A DNA stretch of 64,000 bases, from the NCBI RefSeq assembly GCF_004010195.1, contig NC_057749.1, forward strand, positions 6,637,612-6,701,611, in the 5' to 3' direction. This DNA comes from Chiloscyllium plagiosum. Lineage: Eukaryota. The translations under genes were made by a program, and so were the position numbers. Below the pieces are notes generated by a model. The model was given only the letters and a program-made list of their open reading frames with translations. It ran no database searches and was not told the DNA's origin. Of this stretch, positions 59,534 through 64,000 are shown piece after piece (within the stretch, counting starts at the first letter, position 1; every line of letters begins with the position of its first letter).

Positions 59534-61248
59534 ATGTAGCTTAAAATTCCATCATGAACAGAGTCTGATGCAATAGATTAGATGGGCTGAATGGCATTTC
59601 CTTTCTGTGTAACGTTTCAGTTCTCAAAGCCAATTTTGACCTATTATGACACTTTACCAAACTGCAGCCCCAGTAAGATGCCTCATCTGCTGGGACCGGA
59701 TTTTGGGAATTTCAACTGGTGCCTGACATGACCTTCAACCTCGGAAGAAAAGCAAAATTCACCTAACTGCCTGATTTTCTCTGCCAGTAGCTGATCCCTT
59801 TGAAAATGACTGTGACTGACTCCTGTGGCACTTGCATTGTTTCAACACAGATAGACAACCGACAGACAACCATCCCTGTCTTATCACTGGTTTCACTCAT
59901 GACAATAATCTGCATTCACAGGAACAAGGTCCACAAGTTTAGGTAGGACATTTATGTTGACCCCAGGAATAGATTAGGTGAAAAATGACAGCCAAAAGGG
60001 CAATGAGTGGACAGCTGAGCCTCATTTCATCGTGACCTTAACATTTCCCTTGTCCCCCTGCTCAGGGAATCATCCCCTTATGCTTTCTGACCACCTCTAA
60101 CATAACCGGCGTCGAATAATTGTGTCTCATAATTCACTGAAAAGCTTATTGAGCTAACTGGGCTTCCTTAAACACGACCTCACCTGAGTTATGAAGTATC
60201 TGTGTTCCCATCAAGTGAGTGCTAAAGTAATTGTGTTCCCATCAAGTACGGCAATCAGGAAACAGGGGGGAGCTGACACTTGGAGCTCTCCTAAAGCAGT
60301 AGAGATAACTAAGAATGGAGCTGCCCAACAGGTTGCCTGTTTGAATGAAGTTTATAAGAGTGATGACATTCTTAATGGCCAGAGTGCTAACTGGTGAGCT
60401 ACATTTGTGATATCTGAAGGACCTTTGCCGTACGCTAGAGGATGTCTGAGAAAAGTAATCTGAATGGGATGCAACAGATTTTCAAGAAATAAAAAGTCGA
60501 CAGAAGGTGCTTAATGTAAGGGATTGAATCATGAAAATGTGAAGACTGGAATACTGTTGTATTCATAGATCTAATGGTGGAATGGTTGAATAATGAAGGT
60601 GACATTTAAATGCAAGAGTGTACATGTTCAGAAAATAGCTATTTCTATTCAGTTTTCAATTGAAGAAATCTCGTATCCTACTGCATCTATCATGTTCCCC
60701 TTCCCAATTACACTCTCAGTATTTTTCCTAAACTGATGTGATGAATACCATTCTCTCTGAGCCTGTCCCCTCCCCCCATCCCAAGCACTGCACACCTTTG
60801 GCACAGACCCACACATTTAATCACTCTTTAAATTCCACCTTCCCTTTTACCTTCTAAATTCTTGTACAATGTGCTATTGTTTTGAAAATTCTGACCAGAA
60901 ATCCCACCAAAAGAGCAAATCTTGCTGTGAGCTCTGTGATCAACCCTATGATTTATTTCATCCCAGCTGGATTGATAAATAGTTTTGTGTGATTACAATG
61001 GACAGATTACAACACACAAACAGCACACAGTCCACACAGCCTCATGGGTGTGGATATCTATCACATGACTCTGCTGACCTCGATGTATTCCAGCTACAAA
61101 TCTACCTTCCCCATTCCTTCATTTCTTCTCCCAAAAGTGACATTCTTCCAATATGATTCGTGACAATGAGAGGCATTGGCTGATTTGCTTTTGGGAAGTG
61201 TGTGGACATCAACTGACATACCAATGGGGCAAACTGGCAGCTTTCAGA

Positions 61249-61385
61249 TTCCTGATGAAGGGCTTTTGCCCGAAACATTGATTTTTTTTTCCTGCTCCTC
61301 AGATGCTGCCTGACATGCTGTGCTTTTGCAGCACCACTCTAATCTTGACTCTAATCGCCAGCATCTGCAGTACCCACTTTTGCCT
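61249..61385 (+). mobile_element. Penelope-like repeat family A arm with hammerhead-like core
   Basis: ctgatga 61252-61258, gggc-tttt-gccc, gaaa 61272-61275, catt; agc(t/c)ttcaga duplication. Confidence 0.75.
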
Positions 61386-62607
61386 AGCCTTCAGAAGCAG
61401 CAGCCCTTATCAATTTTAATTCCCTCTTCCAACTCTGCTACATGGCCTGTTTGAAGGCACAGATGCCAACTAAAGGGCCCATTTCCCAACACAGCTGAGA
61501 GGAGTCATCTTGCCAAATGACCAATGCCAGATCTTCCTGTCCTGTGCCAGTTAGCTCACAGAAACTAGGTATCCCTGAAGCGCAAGGAAACAAGGTGCCA
61601 CATTCCTCAATGTTTACTAGATTGACGTTACAGAAAGCTTAAATGGGTGTCTACTTCATTGTCTTTGTGCAGAATATCACTCTTAGGATTCAGTTCGGAA
61701 TGTTTCTAATTAAAGCCATGAGAGTGGTGGGGATGGTGGGAATATGAATGCTTCAGTATATTTGTTATGTGCATTGATTGTCCATTGTGAATTCTAACAT
61801 GGGGCTACACATGTAGCAAATGGAATGACAAAATCTGAAGGAATAGGATGTTCAAATGTCAACCGGTCTGGCTTTGCCACTGAATACCAGCTTAGCTACT
61901 CATCCAATCTCAAGGATCCACTGTACCTGAGGGTTACAGAGACATCCAAGCTTCTTCAATTAACAATTTTCACCAAAGATAAATTTAAAATGAACAAAAC
62001 AGAACAAATTAAGTGGTTCATATGCTGGCACTTATGCATGCTGGGATAGAAATAACAATCATGCTCATTTTAGTCTCCATTGAACGCAAACACTGCAGCT
62101 TTTTCTGATACCAGAAATGAAACACAATCACGACTGGCAACCCCACAGCAACACCAATATCCATCGGAGGACCCTTTTCATTTGCTTTGCGATCTTCGCA
62201 GAGCTACAATGAGCTACAGTAAATGAGGTAACACAAAATTGCCTTGCAGTATGCAACCCTTGGCCTGTTAAACCCTGCCGCTCTCACTCACGCCTTGCAC
62301 TCTTCAACTCTTGTTGAAGTTTATGTTAAGCTTAATGGACTCTCCCGGGTTGAAGGGGGAATGCAATTGTGGGAATATTGCTTTGCACAAGGTTTTGTAG
62401 CGTGCCAGGGGCAATTGTGAAGACGGTCTTAAGTTAAAGCAAAGGAAAATTGCAACATTTTCTTCCACCTTCACAATTTTTTAATCTTTTCTGATCAACT
62501 GGTTCAGAGACGTTATTGCACATGTCTGGAGTAGGTGGGTACTGAACCTGTCTCCTGGTAGGGACCCTACCATTGTATCACAAGAGTCCTGACTGCACAG
62601 TTTTGAT

Positions 62608-62769
62608 CCAAGGAGCAGGAGAATTGACATTTCGGGCATGAGCCCTTCTTCAGGAATTCCTTCAGAAACGTCGATTCTCCTGCTCCCTGGATGCTGCCTG
62701 ACCTGCTGCACTTTTCCAGCAACACATTTTCAGCTCTGATCTCCAGCATCTGCAGTCCTCACTTTCTCC
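62608..62769. mobile_element. Penelope-like repeat family A, inverted pair with 15-bp target duplication (a second copy at ~62914-63018 has a 16-bp duplication)
   Basis: ctgcacagttttgat at 62593-62607 and 62769-62783; aaa(c/t)gttttgagcagg at 62898-62913 and 63019-63034. Confidence 0.8.
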
Positions 62770-63444
62770 TGCACAGTTTTGATGACTATATCCCACCAGA
62801 AGCTTTATTTCTGTGCTATGTTACAGCATGATCTTGCAGGAGAAATCAATTTAGATCAAATATATTGAAATATTTAGGAGAGGAATAAAAAACAATCAAA
62901 CGTTTTGAGCAGGAGGAGAATCAATGTTTCGGGTACGATGCTGTCTGACCTGCTGTGCGTTTCCAGAACCACATCCATTGACTCTGATCTGAAGCATCTG
63001 CAGTCCTCACATCCTGCTAAATGTTTTGAGCAGGGACATTAAGTAAATTTCTAAGTTGGGGATGGACATGCTTTATTCAATTTAATTTTGAATGGAAGGA
63101 GAGACGAGCCAGAATTGAGGGCCAGTCTTAGGGTTTTTGGATGAAAATTCTAAGTATTGAAGCATTTTAGTGCCTGAGGGGTTTTATTTCTGCGCATTAA
63201 ACTCTGTAACAATTTCTTTAGCAGATGTCTTTTATAGTGTGGATGTGGACTCCGGGAAGAGATGGGACTGGTCTAAAGGCAGGCTAATTCTTCAAGAATC
63301 TGAACTGATTTATGGGTTTTATGCTAAAAAATATTTTACCACTGAATGTAAATCCCGAGGGAAGCAAATAAGTCCTGACGTTCCTTTCCAGCTGCTTGTT
63401 GCTCTATCTCAATTGCACTCCTTTCCCATTGCCTATATTGTGAA

Positions 63445-64000
63445 TGTAATGAGGTCAGGCAAGTAGACCTCTGTCCTTTAACAAGGTTATGTTGTCCTTG
63501 GCTTTTTTTTTCAGTGAGCTTGTAAAAGACAGATTCCAAAAAGTCCAGGTTTTGATAGGTCTTAGAGCCAATTTGATTACAGCTAACAGACACTGCCTCA
63601 GGCAAAAGGCTTTTATGTTTTAAAAAATGTTGCTTGTACACTGAAAGGGGAGTGGTCAGTTCTCCCAGCTCAGCTCTTCTCTGGTTTGGCTTGTTGTAAA
63701 AGCTACTGGACCCAAAGAAACAGGTCCAGGCTGACACTCTCTGACTTCTCTCCTTTAAGACCCTGTGTTTGATTTTACCTTTTGTGCCAAACGGGTGTTT
63801 ATTTGAAGTGTTGCAAGTATTTGTTACGGCATCATTAAGCTGGGAAAATTTGCTGGGTTTGCGGAAAGGTTAAGTTATTCTATATTCTGGTCTCTCTTGT
63901 TTGTGTTTCATTTGGTAACCTTGTAAATAAATGCTGTTTTGTTTGAAACTAAGTGGTTTGACCAGCAGCATTTCTCCTGGAATATCCACCTTAGATCTGC
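63445..64000 (+). mobile_element. LTR-like element running off the window end
   Basis: Begins TGTAATG, has AATAAA at ~63926, shares tttgtgccaaacgggtgtttat with tttttgccaagaggtgtgtttat at ~49873. Confidence 0.45.

Noticed and set aside
60184..60290. Exon-like minus-strand segment (tctctactgctttag|...cag|gtgagg) with an internal tgtgttcccatcaagt duplication
   Set aside because: Stops occur in all three frames and no protein is recognisable; the splice-like motifs may be chance, though a UTR exon cannot be excluded.
1..64000. CRISPR array or prokaryotic system
   Set aside because: This is intron-exon vertebrate DNA; the repeats are dispersed transposon copies, with no regularly spaced repeat-spacer array or operon.

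Overview
Vertebrate genomic DNA, almost certainly a cartilaginous fish (shark), inferred from HE1/V-type SINEs and CR1-type LINEs with matching 3' tails. The only protein-coding gene I can identify is the 3' half of PARP6 on the + strand. It has 11 exons read manually from 1898 to 44442, all GT-AG and phase-consistent, encoding 298 aa that include the mono-ADP-ribosyltransferase domain (H-Y-I triad), with AATAAA at 44747. A convergent minus-strand gene probably ends near 51.9 kb; it is unidentified. The rest is mostly decayed repeats: CR1/L2/Rex-type LINE pieces, several tRNA-derived SINE families, a nested TA-flanked MITE and LTR-like elements. The most notable non-coding signal is a set of short Penelope-like repeats, often inserted as inverted pairs with ~15-bp target duplications. 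They carry a minimal hammerhead-ribozyme core (CUGANGA-stem II-GAAA..UH) whose stem II covaries between subfamilies. Almost all ORFs in the supplied track are repeat-derived or spurious. Repeat boundaries are approximate; exon boundaries were counted base by base. No database search was possible.
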